NCBI GenBank assembly: GCA_964035545.1 | Contig: OZ037768.1 | Span: 18,769,700-18,833,699 of the forward strand | DNA from: Bugula neritina | Lineage: Eukaryota; Animalia; Bryozoa | Direction of reading: 5' to 3' | DNA length: 64,000 nt | Shown: piece by piece, positions 14,202 through 55,562 of the stretch | Layout: each line of letters opens with the position of its first letter | How positions within the stretch are numbered: position 1 is the first letter of the stretch | Position numbers and translations under genes: made by a program | The notes under the pieces: model-generated | The model's database searches: none | Told to the model about the DNA's origin: nothing | What the model saw: the letters and a program-made list of their open reading frames with translations, nothing else

Positions 14202-16643
14202 ATGATTACCACACCAGTGAAAAAAAATAATTGGTAAGAAGGTAATGTTTTGCAAATAGCGAGACTTAGGATGAAAGATTGAGATTTGATTATTGCACGT
14301 GGGCTTATGATGTTCATAAGATATTTTGCATGTAACAGAGTTTGTGTATCTGCTTCCTCATGATCTAATTGTAAGCATTTGAGTTCTGCTTTCTTAGGAA
14401 TTCCACCATGTTTGGTAAAATTGTAGCGAACGCAATTTTTTTTGGTATGCATCAACTATAATAACAATATTGTTCTCTAAAATATTTTTACTCCATGTTT
14501 CACACAAAAATGCACCAGTCTCAAAGTCAGCTTATTTTATTTGCTGATAAGAAATTATTATTTTTGTAACAAATGGCACACATGAAAAAAGTACATGCCT
14601 ATGATCTTTGAATGAGGCAGCCCAAGATCATTTTTCTAATGGGTGGTCTAAATATAACCATATATATTAAACATAATAGGAAAGCTTTAGGGTATTTCTT
14701 CTGTAACTATAACTGAGATAAATTGGCTCTATAGTCATTATATCAAGATAGTATAAAAATATTCATTTTAACCAATAGCATTGTTTTAAAAACCAAATTG
14801 CTTATGTATATATATATAGTTCAGCCTAAATTTATTAGCAAAGCTCAATTGTACACATTTAAAATATTATCTTCCGGAGTCCAGATCAACCAGCTCATGC
14901 TTCTCATTGCTTATTTTGTAAAAGTAGTTATTATATAATAAAAATGGTGAAGAAAATCATTATCAGACACAATTTTACTTATAATTCGCCTTTTTTATAG
15001 CTGATCAATAATAATGGGTGCCTTATAACTGATAAACCCATTCCTTTGCTTGTTTTCGTCCAAATAATCCACTTTTTTCAGATTTTTTCACAAGAAAATC
15101 ACTAGAAATAAACTCAGAGAAGTGAAAAACACATCTATGATTATCTGCAAAAGTTTTTACTTGTATATATAATAAACTAGCTTCAATAATTTCAAGATAA
15201 TATTTAATGGATTTGGACAAAGTTGTGGGGAAACAACTCCTGTAACATTTAAAAGAGTTTTTGTGACTAACCAGGTGAACAGAAAAATTTAGAGTTTTTA
15301 TAAAAGAAAAGTGAAAAAAGTATCTATAATTATTAGCAAATTTATTTTGCTTATATAAAATAAATTAGCTTGAATAATTCCAAAATATTTAGCCGATTCA
15401 CAAAAACGTTAAGAGAAAACAACTCCTGAATAATTTTAAAAGTTTGAAGCGCTTTTGTGGCTAACTGGGTGCACAGAACTGTCTAGAGTTTTCACAGATT
15501 AATTAGGACCCTTCAAACTTTCTATTTCTAAAAGAATTGCGTGGCCACCCCTCGAAGTGTAATGAGTGAAAGATAATTGGAGGTTACTTCTAAACTATAT
15601 GTGTGTGTGTGCGTGTGTAGCATATATTATACAGTACATGAGTACATTATATAAGACTCTCGAACAGATTGGCATCTGCTTGAGAGTCGTCTTCTCATCT
15701 CTAGCTACGTTGGCATGCCGATGTTATAGTCTACTTCGTAACTATCTTTGGTAGCAAAAACACGGGAATTCCCCAAACTTGGTAGCCTTAGCTCGCGGTC
15801 TTAAACACGGTTTAATGTTACCTCAAAAACTTTATTGGATTGAAAAGATCTCATATAGATATCCACTAAGGCTTTTTCGAAATCACAGTAGTGTTACGAA
15901 TCGTAACTGACCGATCTTGACAGCCCACAGCTAGTTTAGTTACCTATGGGAGCTAAAAGTAAAAGAATTGAAACTCAAAGTTTAGTCGTACGTCAAAATT
16001 ATTTGTATTTAATTTTAAGTCTGTAAATTTAGTTTTAACCGCTCCTAAACGCTAAATTAAATAACCTTAAAAGTACCCAGTCCTGTTTATGCTTATAATA
16101 ATTTAAATTAAGTAATTATCATTAATCATTATCATTATGATTATGATTATGTTTAACTAATACTAATAGTGTTACTATTACTGTACTAATACACTTACGC
16201 TCACAGTACGACTATTAATAATAGCTATACTAAATCTAATAGTGATACAATTACATACTTATACTTATAGTATTCCTATTAGTATTAGTGTTACTATTAG
16301 TGTTACTAATACTAATAGTAATACTAGTACTAGTACTGAATAGTAATACTAATGCTATTATTAATATTTTAATTATGCATTATCAGTACGAGCATAGGTT
16401 ATTATTATACTTGCAGTTTAATAGTAATCCTTTAGTTAAAAGTTACAGACATGTTATATCGGGAATATGTGGTTTGTAGTTATTGCCACTCACCGAATAA
16501 TATAATTGGGTTGTAGCCTTCAGGTGAGCATACAGGCACGAGTTGTTTGGTTTGGCTGCGAGGTGACTCCAGCTCCCGTCAGTCTTTAGGGGTATTTTTC
16601 GAGTTTCTGGGTTGGGGTATTTGTCTGTGTGTGCTCCGCCGTC

Positions 16644-16764
16644 TGTTGTGTTAATATCAAGAGGCTGTATTTTCGCAATAAACATACGTACTATAACAAT
16701 GTATACGAATAAAACAAACAGTAAAGTAATTCCGCATGTGCGGTAATTTGAGTATAATACAACA
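16644..16764 (-). repeat. 3' LTR (121 bp)
   Basis: Matches 21109-21216 apart from 3 substitutions and a 13-bp indel. Confidence 0.93.
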
Positions 16765-19700
16765 CCTCTCTTTCTTAAAACAAGCACAACTAAAATGCAA
16801 ACATGAGTAATATACGAAAAGTGATACAAAGCATATAAAGGAATTCAGCAAGTATTAATAGGCTGATAAGCACAAAAATATAAACATGTTAAACATTACG
16901 GGAACATAATACCAGAATATAATATCAGAATATAACATCAGAAAATGATACCAGAATATAACAAGGCATGAGACAGGAGGCTAGAGGTCAAGTTTTAGCG
17001 GAGCGCGGACTTCACGGCCAGACCTAGTTTTGGACAGACGAACAGCAGAGCTAGAAACTGAGTGGGTCTGTTTGGCCCTATCTAGAGGAACGACTGCCTG
17101 GTGGGGGCTAACCTGAACTGGCTTTTCTCGGGGCTGAACATCCAACCTACTATCTGATGGGAATTGTTGGGCTTGACTACCAAATACAGCGGTCTGTCTG
17201 GGACTACTATGAATTGGTTGGTTCTTGAACTGAACAGCTAGATCACTTGCTAGACTCATAACTGGTGACGAGTGAGTTGGTGTGAGACTTCTACGGCTGC
17301 GTCTTAACTCAGTACCACCTGTGTCTTGAACAGTGTATGATCTCGGTGCGCACTGTTGGATAACTACTGCGTCCCTGTTCAAGTCTCTAATTCTCACCCT
17401 GTCGCCTCGTTTCAATGGGGGAAGTGGTGCAACTTTATGCCTAATATCAAAATTCTCTTTCACTTGACTGCGCTTCAACTCTTCTTTCTCCTGAACTGCC
17501 AATCTCTCTACAGGCTGAGGGAATAACAGCTTAGGGAGTGCAGGAACAGTGGTCTTCAGCTTTCGACCCATCAACAGCTCAGCAGGAGACAAGCCATTCT
17601 CCAGAGGAGATGACCGATAGGCCAACAGTGCAAGGTATGGATCTGTCTCTTTCTTGAGCAGAGACTTGACTGTTTGGACTGCCCTCTCAGCCTCTCCAGT
17701 AGCCTGAGGATGCTTTGGTGAACTAGTGACATGAGCAAACTGGTAAGAAGAAACAAACAACTTAAACTCATGACTGGCGTACTGGGGGCCATTGTCCGAA
17801 ACCAACACATCTGGAACACCATGGCGTGCAAAGATACTCCGCATATGGCTAATAACTTCCCTACTGGTGAGTTCAGCTAACAAAGCAACCTCGACAAACC
17901 TAGAATAATAGTCTACTACTAAGAGATATCAACGATTGTGAACAAAGAACAAATCACTACCTAGCTTCTCCCAAGGACGCTGAGGAAACTCGGCTACCAT
18001 CAATGGCTCTACAACAACGTTGGCGTGCATTTTGCAGGTGTTACACTGGCGTACCATGTCAGCAATCTGCTGAGATATACCCGGCCACCAAACATATTGC
18101 CTGGCCCGAGCACGACACTTGGTCACTCCTAAATGACCTTAATGAATGGTCCGAAGAACTTCCAATCTCTCAACCTGTGGAATAACAATGCGGTCCCCAA
18201 GCGCCAACAACCCATCTTGAATAGAAATCAACGATCTTGACCCAAAATAAGGGCGAAGAAGTATATCCTGATTGGTAAGGTACTCCGGCCATGAGGTCTC
18301 AACAAACTTAATAACTTGGGCCAAGACTTCATCAGCTCTTTGCAGCTTTGCCAACTGCACGAGCCTCAGACTAGAAGCAAACGACTTATGACTCTCTTTC
18401 ACGGCCAACTCTACCTCTTCCACAAAAGCCACTTCATCCACACTGGGCGAAGCTTGAGAGCGGGATAATGCATCAGCAAGCACATTATACTTACCAGGAA
18501 TGTGTTCAACGACATACGCAAACCTCATAAGCCTCATCCTGAAACGCTGAATGCGAACAGTCAGTTTATCCAGTTCAATTTCATTCAGTAATGGGATCAA
18601 GGGCTTGTGATCAGTCTGTATCTTGACTGTGATACCTGTGATGTAATTTCTAAACTTTGTACATGCCCACACAACCCCCAGTGCCTCCTGTTCAATGGTT
18701 GCATACCTCATCTCAGTATCAGTCAAAGCACTGTCAAGCACTGCAAGTCAGAAGCTGCTGCAACAACCCTCTTGGAACCGTCTGGCTGAAGCTGCAGCAA
18801 TACAGCACCGATGCCATTCCGGCACGCATCAGTCTGTATAATAGTCTCAGCCCTCGGGTCATAAGCCGCAAGAACGAAATCTCTCGACAGCTCCTCTTTA
18901 ATTTGGGCAAAGGCTATAGACTGAGCCTCGCCCCAGAACCAAGGAGGCGTTTTACACAACAAATCCCTGAGAGGTTTAGATAGCTCCGCCAATTTAGGGG
19001 TAAACTTACTCAACTGATTAGCCATACCCAAAAAGCTACGAACATCTGAGACACTCCGAGGAGTCCTGAAATCTCTAATCCCTTGAACTGCCTCAGAGTT
19101 GGCTTGAATGCCTTTATCAGAAATTGAATGCCCCAGAAACTTGATTGAACTTTTAGAAAATTCACACTTGGAACTGTTCATAGTCATCCCTGCATCAGAC
19201 ATGCGTCTGAGGACAGCACGAACTCTAGCATCATGTTCCTCCACAGTATTGCCCCAGACACAAACATCATCCATATGGACAATAACTCCCTCTAGACCAC
19301 AAAGAACCTGTGACACAACTTTGGCGTAGATCTCTGGGCTAGATGACAGCCCAAACGGCAACCTATAATAAGCATACCGACCAAATGGGGTCAAAAATGT
19401 AGTAAGGAGTTTACTAGACTTAGACAGGGGAATCTGATAAAACCCAGAGTTTGCATCCAGCTTGCTGAAAACTTTCCCGTTACCTAATTTAGCTAGACTA
19501 GAGTCGACATGGGCCATTGGGTATACCTCCCTCCTGACCACTTTATTCAACTGAGTGTAGTTTACACATATACGAATACGACCACTTGCTTTGGGAACTA
19601 TGACCATGGGTGAGCACCAATCAGTTGGTTCACTAACAAAGAAGATAACTCCTAACTCTACCATTTCATCTAACTCAGTCTTCACCTTATCTAATAATGG

Positions 19701-21108
19701 ATACGGCACAGAACGCGGAACGCAAATAGCATGAGGGGGGAACCGGCGTTTACTTGAATCTCTGCCTCCTGGCTCATTTTACCTAGGCCAGAAAAGAGAC
19801 CAGGAAACTTATTTCTAAACTTATCAGCACTTTCAGTAATACAATCAAGTTGGGTATTACATGGTACAAGACCTAAGCCTACACATGCACGTCTACTAAG
19901 CAAGGCTTTATTATGAGCTACAACATATAGTCTATCTGCTACTTTGTACTTGCCTACAGATAGTGTACTGTCAAAATAGCCTAACACTGGTATCTGACTA
20001 TTACTCGGTCCAAACAATGACTTGTCTGGCTGTTTAAGCTGTACTGACTTACAGAGCTGCTGCGGGATGATGGTAACATCTGCACCGGTATCCAACTTGA
20101 ATCGCACAGGCACCAATAGTTGATCTACGACTACAGACTTTGTCCATTCAACGTTAACATCTCTGTCTGTTATTTCACCCAAAAAGTACTGTCCTTTGTT
20201 GCAGGGTTCAACATTGCTGGTGGGCTGGTCATAATCATTCTCTTCCACAGATTGTACTGCTCCTCCTTTTGACCTGCATACTCTAGCAAAATGTCCTTGT
20301 TTTTGGCATTTGTGACACACAGAATCTTGTGCAGGACATTTTCTAAATCTGTGTGTGTTGTGGCCACATCTACCACATGGGTTAGCATCGGCTTGAGCTG
20401 AATTAGCAGCTTTACTCTGTTGGGTTGAATGTTTATGTTTACTACTGCTGACTCTTACTGCATCAAGCGATTTTACATCATTGTATAGCTCCTTCACATT
20501 TTTGTCCACTTGTTCTGCTTGTCTAGCCATAGCCACGGCTGTTGCTTCAGTTAACTGGTCAATGTCCATCTTTTGCATCTCACGGCTTAGCCCTTGGTCA
20601 GCTATACCAACAACTAGTCTATCTCTGATTTGTTCTTACCGCTTATCTCCAAAGTCACATTTGTCTGCCAACTCATTTAAAGCACGAATATAATGTTCTA
20701 CTGATTCGGCTTGCTGCTGGTCACGCTTGAAGAATTTTGCTCTTTCATAGATGACATATTTCTTGGGTGAAAAGTAGTTCTCAAATCCAGCTAGCACCTC
20801 ATTGTATTTCTTTTTATTTTCTTCAGAGAGACCTACGCTGCTAAAGATGCTTTCACTTGTAGGTCCCATACAATACAAGAAACTATTAATTTGTATTTCT
20901 TCCTCCTCTTTATCTAACTTAGAAATCTGTCTATATCTACTCCATCTCTTGGCCCACTCTGCCCATTTCTCTGGCAAAAAGGCAAACTCAGCAGGTGGAT
21001 TAAACTTTGCCATAACAGTAAATCGACAATAACGGCAGAAAAAGAAAACAAGGACAGCAGATGGCACGGATTAAACACGATAAACTTAAAACTTCGTACT
21101 GGCAACCA

Positions 21109-21216
21109 TGTTGTGTTAATATTTTTGCAATAACCATACGTACTATAACAATGTATACGAATAAAACAAACAGTAAAGTAATTCCGCATGTGCGGTAATT
21201 CGAGTATAATACAACA
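21109..21216 (-). repeat. 5' LTR (108 bp)
   Basis: TG...CA ends, adjacent PBS and TSD. Confidence 0.93.
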
Positions 21217-21289
21217 CCGTCAACTTCTTGGGCTAACACTCACTCACATAGCTTAATACATTCTGCACAATCTTCAATCTCTTCATTCA

Positions 21290-21290
21290 A

Positions 21291-21363
<73 letters not shown>
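21290..21363. repeat. (CT)n microsatellite
   Basis: Direct reading. Other simple repeats: (TA)n at about 21721-21761 and 31988-32049; (TG)n at about 37095-37198 and 41761-41820. Confidence 0.95.
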
Positions 21364-21714
21364 TTCATTCTCACGCCCTTTTATACTTTGCACTTTCATT
21401 CAAGCCACACATGCACCACACTCACCAATATAACTCTATTACTTTAATAATGCAGGTCTTCAAACTCAGTTTTCTAGACCGCAGAGATATGAATTGAAAG
21501 TATTTATAATCTTAATCATTAATGATTATATAATTCAAATTGTAGTAGTAAAGTCCAGCTGTTGCAAACCTAAATGTAAATGTGTAAATCGATATTCAGT
21601 CAAGATTTTATGGAACTTGAATGGCCTAAATTTACATTAAAAATAGTATTTGATTTAAAAAACACAAAGTGTCATGCTATCTTTATAGAGTGCCAAATGG
21701 TTGAAAAATCATTC

Positions 21715-21765
<51 letters not shown>

Positions 21766-22694
21766 CATATATATTATATATTATATGAAGAGTAACTATT
21801 AATGATCCTGTCCAGCGTCCACTCTTCACTGACTACACAGAGCCCTGCGCCCCTTTATATGTGCTTTGAAAAGTGTTGTCTGAATCGGTCGACTGAATTT
21901 GGCTTCCGGCTCCGAAACGGACACCCGAATTAATGTCTGAATCTCGCTTCGGTAATCCGAATTGGACTTGCATTATCAAACAAACACATGCGTGATGGAA
22001 CAATGCAATAAAAATATACATAGGAATACGCTCGTGAGGAAGGATACAAGGAAATAACAAGGAAATGCATGCATGTATTGTAATAGTTCAAAACGAAAAT
22101 ACCCACACAAATCTACCACATGTGTACAAATCGCAACAGTCAAGTATGCACAAATCTATAAGTTTACATGGCTAATGCATAGGCCAAGCCCACCCCATTT
22201 TGTCGATTCTGTGTGAATAACTGCAATGATGCAAAGAGTAATAATAGACCTGAGAACATGTATTATGAGAGTATAAGAGCAAATTATAGACCTATGAGAG
22301 CATAATAAAAATAATAATCGCTAGATACTTTATTGTGAGCATATAAGATACAATAATAAATGCATTCTTGACCAATTATCACTCCATACTACAAAGATAT
22401 CGCATTCATTACTGTACCATTATTGACAAATTCTTAAAAGCCTTAGATAGTAGCAACTATTATTATTTTAGACTTTGGAATTTTTGTCCTTGATTTATTT
22501 CATTCGAAAAATTACAATATATATAATTACATTGAAATTTTTATGAAGATTAATTTAACAAAAGTTATTGAACCAGATATGATTAATACAAAACATGTTT
22601 ATTCTGAAAATTCTGGCTAAGGCAGAATAAGGATAATATTATGTTTATCATTGGTAACTCGATGGACTAGTAAAATTTTGTTTGGGTATTTTAG

Positions 22695-52141
<29,447 letters not shown>

Positions 52142-53990
52142 ATTTAGCTCTCTCTCCCTACTACAAGAGAAAAAAAGCAAGAAATACAGAGGCAGTAATG
52201 CTACCAGAGTTATGATCTGTTAAACCGAAACCAAAATCTGTATTATCAGCAGAACCCAGAATTTATACAAAACATTGTCATTTATATTAGATATACACAT
52301 ATTGTTTTAATATTGCATCATACTGTTTTCTTTATGCTAGTACTATCTTCAAATTACTAATCAAAACAAATAATTCTGAGACAAAAAATGTTGTTTTATA
52401 TTTTTACGTTATTTTATTCAGTCTTAAAATGTTTATATATTCAATATAAGCATAAATTAGCATCTACTGTCTTAGCCTGCTCATATTAGCAAAGTGAAAA
52501 GATTAAAGGCTTACTTTGATTAAATAATAATTGTTATCCTTAACTCATTTATTTACTTAGGTTATGTAATGAAAAAAAATCTTTGATATCAAATAAATTG
52601 ATTTACCCTATAGCTATTATTTGAAGAAGTGCACTGTCAGTACTGTCCGTACACCAGGCTATACATGGCTATGCTGCTGCACACAAGACTTGTGTTCACG
52701 TGATTATTGTCTAGCTATATGACGTATTGTTGTAGTTTTATGTCAACAACTACTATGTGTGGGTTTATGCATGTATGAGAAGCTAGAACACAACTCTTTG
52801 CATTTATTCAAGAAATAACTATGAATAATTTGTACGAGTATAAACTATTTACAAAATTCTTGGAGAAATATTTAGTAGATAGCTAGCAAGTAAAAATATG
52901 CAAACATGTAAAAGCAAATAATAATTAGCAAGATGATAAGAATTGGTAAAAGTAAATTATGAAGCTAAAATAATGACAAGAAAGCATGAAACATGTCATG
53001 CTTTTAAATTGTGTATTTCATAATAACACTTTTTCCTTAAGGCTAATAGTACTATGAAAGACTTTTGTTAGAGGGAAATATCAACTCGTGCCATACAGAA
53101 TGGCTCTATAAGCAGCCCCGAGTTAGGGGTGACTAAGAGCAATAGTTGGTGGTTCTCGCGTTTGGAGTTAGGGGTTCTAAGTTTCAATTTAAACTCCAAA
53201 CTTGAAACCCAAAAATATCCCACTCAGTCACCCCCAACTAGGAGCTGCTTGTAGAACCATTCTACCATACAGTTCAATAGCTGCAGTACTAAACTTGAGT
53301 GAATTTGTGTGGAGGTGCCACAAGCCTCGCCTTTGAAAAGCTTTATACATATTTTTAAATTATCAAAAAATTATATAAAAATGATGTTAAAACTAAAGTC
53401 TAAGGGCATAATTATTTTTCAAATTCTTTTTATGATATGTAAAATTGGGAAATTTCAAAAATAAGCAAAACTAAAGAAATTACTTATAGGAGTTATGACA
53501 TCATATATAGCCTTTTGGACAGAAGGAAAACTTGGGTGTAAGTAGATGGACCAGGAACAGATGTGCAGGGTGATAAACTGGAGATATTGGCAACCAATGT
53601 GTTGGAGAAGATTGTGTGTAAAGAGATAGAGTTTATGTGAGAGTATATAGTTTCAATTTATCTCCCATGCAAATACACTACTCTACTTTCAAGGGGGCTG
53701 CAGTGTAGAAAGATTGTCTTTAAAAACATTTAATTGGATTAAACATTTTATTATTAATCTTAGACTGTGTTGAATAATTTTTCTTCATTTACTTTTATAC
53801 CAATCATCTACTAAATTATAAAAAGTAGGTGATTAAGTTTTAATAATAAAAATATAACATTTATGCTGTAAGGTATAATGTTCAATATTTTATTATTAAA
53901 ATAATATACTGAAACTTTAATAATTAAATTTTTGTAATGTAATGTAATAATTTATTATCTAAATTCAAATTTGGAAAAAAATGCCCAAAT

Positions 53991-55562
53991 ATGGATAATA
54001 ACCTTACCTTCAACAATCAAACATTTGACGCAATGTCATTAATAATGCACTCCATTTCTGAACTACTAACAAGCAACATTAAAATGTCTCTTTGTACTAC
54101 TCTGCTACTAGCTATACGGAGATTTCTATCTACCTATTTATATTTTGTAAATGCTATTGTGCTAACATTTACCTTCTATTTGGACTACAGTCCTACTCAT
54201 CATTTGTTGTCAACTTTGGTGTTATCCGGAGCTCTGGCAAGTTTAATGTAAGTAAATATCTCCTTTTTCTTGGAAGGCAAACCACATAAGTAACTAATAC
54301 TGATGATTATTTATATTTAACTGTGTGGAAATACTTGCTACTGTTTTATACCATGGAAACTATTACTATAATGATTATATTTGTGAGGGAATTTAAATTG
54401 AAACATTCTTCATGCATTACATTATGCAACTCTCAACTCCAGGTCAAGGGGCAACTGTAATTTTAATTATACACATACAATATTTAAGAATACTTTATTC
54501 TATTCTGTTGAGTTTGTATTATATAATATTGGGTATGTTTATATATAATACACATAAAACACATACTCCATTTACACGACATTATTTTTAATGCATATAT
54601 GTATTCTTGAAATGAAGATCCCAAATACCATTCCAGACTACCCTGCATGTAGGAATGAAGTCTGGCAACAGATAATCTATTATTCTTTATAACCTTTCAA
54701 TACTATAGTAACTGCAATGTTTGAAATTATTCTTTCAATGCGCTATCTTTGCAATTTTAGATCAGAACTGGTCAAGAAGAAGGACCAGAGTTTAGACTTT
54801 GTCGTGTCAACAAACAACTTTAGCCCACATTTCAGTCGTCTTCAACTCCCGCCTGTTCTCACCAGCAGAAGCTCTTCTCTAACAACTTTATCCGACTTAT
54901 CACCAACCATCTCAAGATCTTCTTCATGGGCATCTCTACCTGAATTATCCACCACCTCTTCATCCATTTTCTTCTCCAGCTCATCTGCTACTGATATCTC
55001 CAGATTCTCCTCCTGTACATCTATTACTGATTCATTTGCTACGACCTTTTCACCTCGTTCATCATCATCTCAGCTTTTCTCTTCCACATCCTGTGATGCA
55101 TCTCCAATCAATCTAGAAGATTTGAAACTTGGTAAGTCGTAGTCTCTTTAATCAGCATGAAATGCTGTTTTATCTACTAGCATATTGAAGTGAGCACTTT
55201 AAATTAGCAGTATTATAGTCATTAGTAAATATAGTAAGATAATCTACTCTAGTATTACAAGGAATCATCATATAACAGTATATATAACTCTAATTCTTTT
55301 AGTATAGGTGTCATAGTAATTTAATAATAATATTACTGTATATACCATGTGAACAACATGTTACACTATTTTTACAGATCTCAGCTTGCTAAGTGACTGC
55401 ACATCCATCAGTCATACAGGAGAAGAAGAAGACAACTTCTATGAAAATGAACAGGAAGTGCTTCAAGAACCTAGAGTTCGCATAAGCCGCAGAAAAAGAA
55501 TATGGCGGCGCATAAAACGTGCTTTCACATGCTGTGTGTGCATCTCACAGCCAGAAGAGTGA
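53991..55562 (+). CDS. Uncharacterised Ser-rich protein, copy 3 (exons 53991-54247, 54761-55131, 55378-55562; 270 aa)
   Basis: Exons of 257+371+185 = 813 nt give an open frame ending in TGA; GT-AG introns; same C-terminal basic/CCVC tail. Confidence 0.65.

Larger units (their letters stand above)
12012..15597 (-). mobile_element. Decayed Academ (AcademX-type) DNA transposon
   Basis: TIR TAGTCTAGAAGTAACCTCC (12012-12030) / GGAGGTTACTTCTAAACTA (15579-15597), with subterminal ATTACACTT and GGTGGCCAC matches; TAG..CTA termini; 3-bp TSD TAT. Minus-strand remnants HEEADTQTLLHA, VHALTG..SAFYGKG, LPPTKDELNLHVKRANYQAAIW and a Cys cluster (CSC..CTDVCQCKDC) fit an XPG-like nuclease plus Cys finger. Confidence 0.82.
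16644..21216 (-). mobile_element. Ty3/Gypsy LTR retrotransposon, Mag-like, full length but frameshifted
   Basis: LTRs 21109-21216 and 16644-16764 (TGTTGT...ACAACA); 5-bp TSD CCGTC (16639-16643 and 21217-21221); TGG-starting PBS next to the 5' LTR and polypurine tract AAGAAAGAGAGG next to the 3' LTR. Gag has two CCHC knuckles; protease LDTGA; RT LDANSGF / LPFGL / HMDD; RNase H TDA..G, TDHKPL; integrase SDNGPQY..AERAVQTVK. Split into six ORF pieces by stops and frameshifts. Confidence 0.96.

Noticed and set aside
12975-14455. Novel nuclease-encoding element lacking a DDE transposase
   Set aside because: The termini, TSD and XPG + Cys-finger content fit the known Academ superfamily; the transposase part is probably deleted or decayed.
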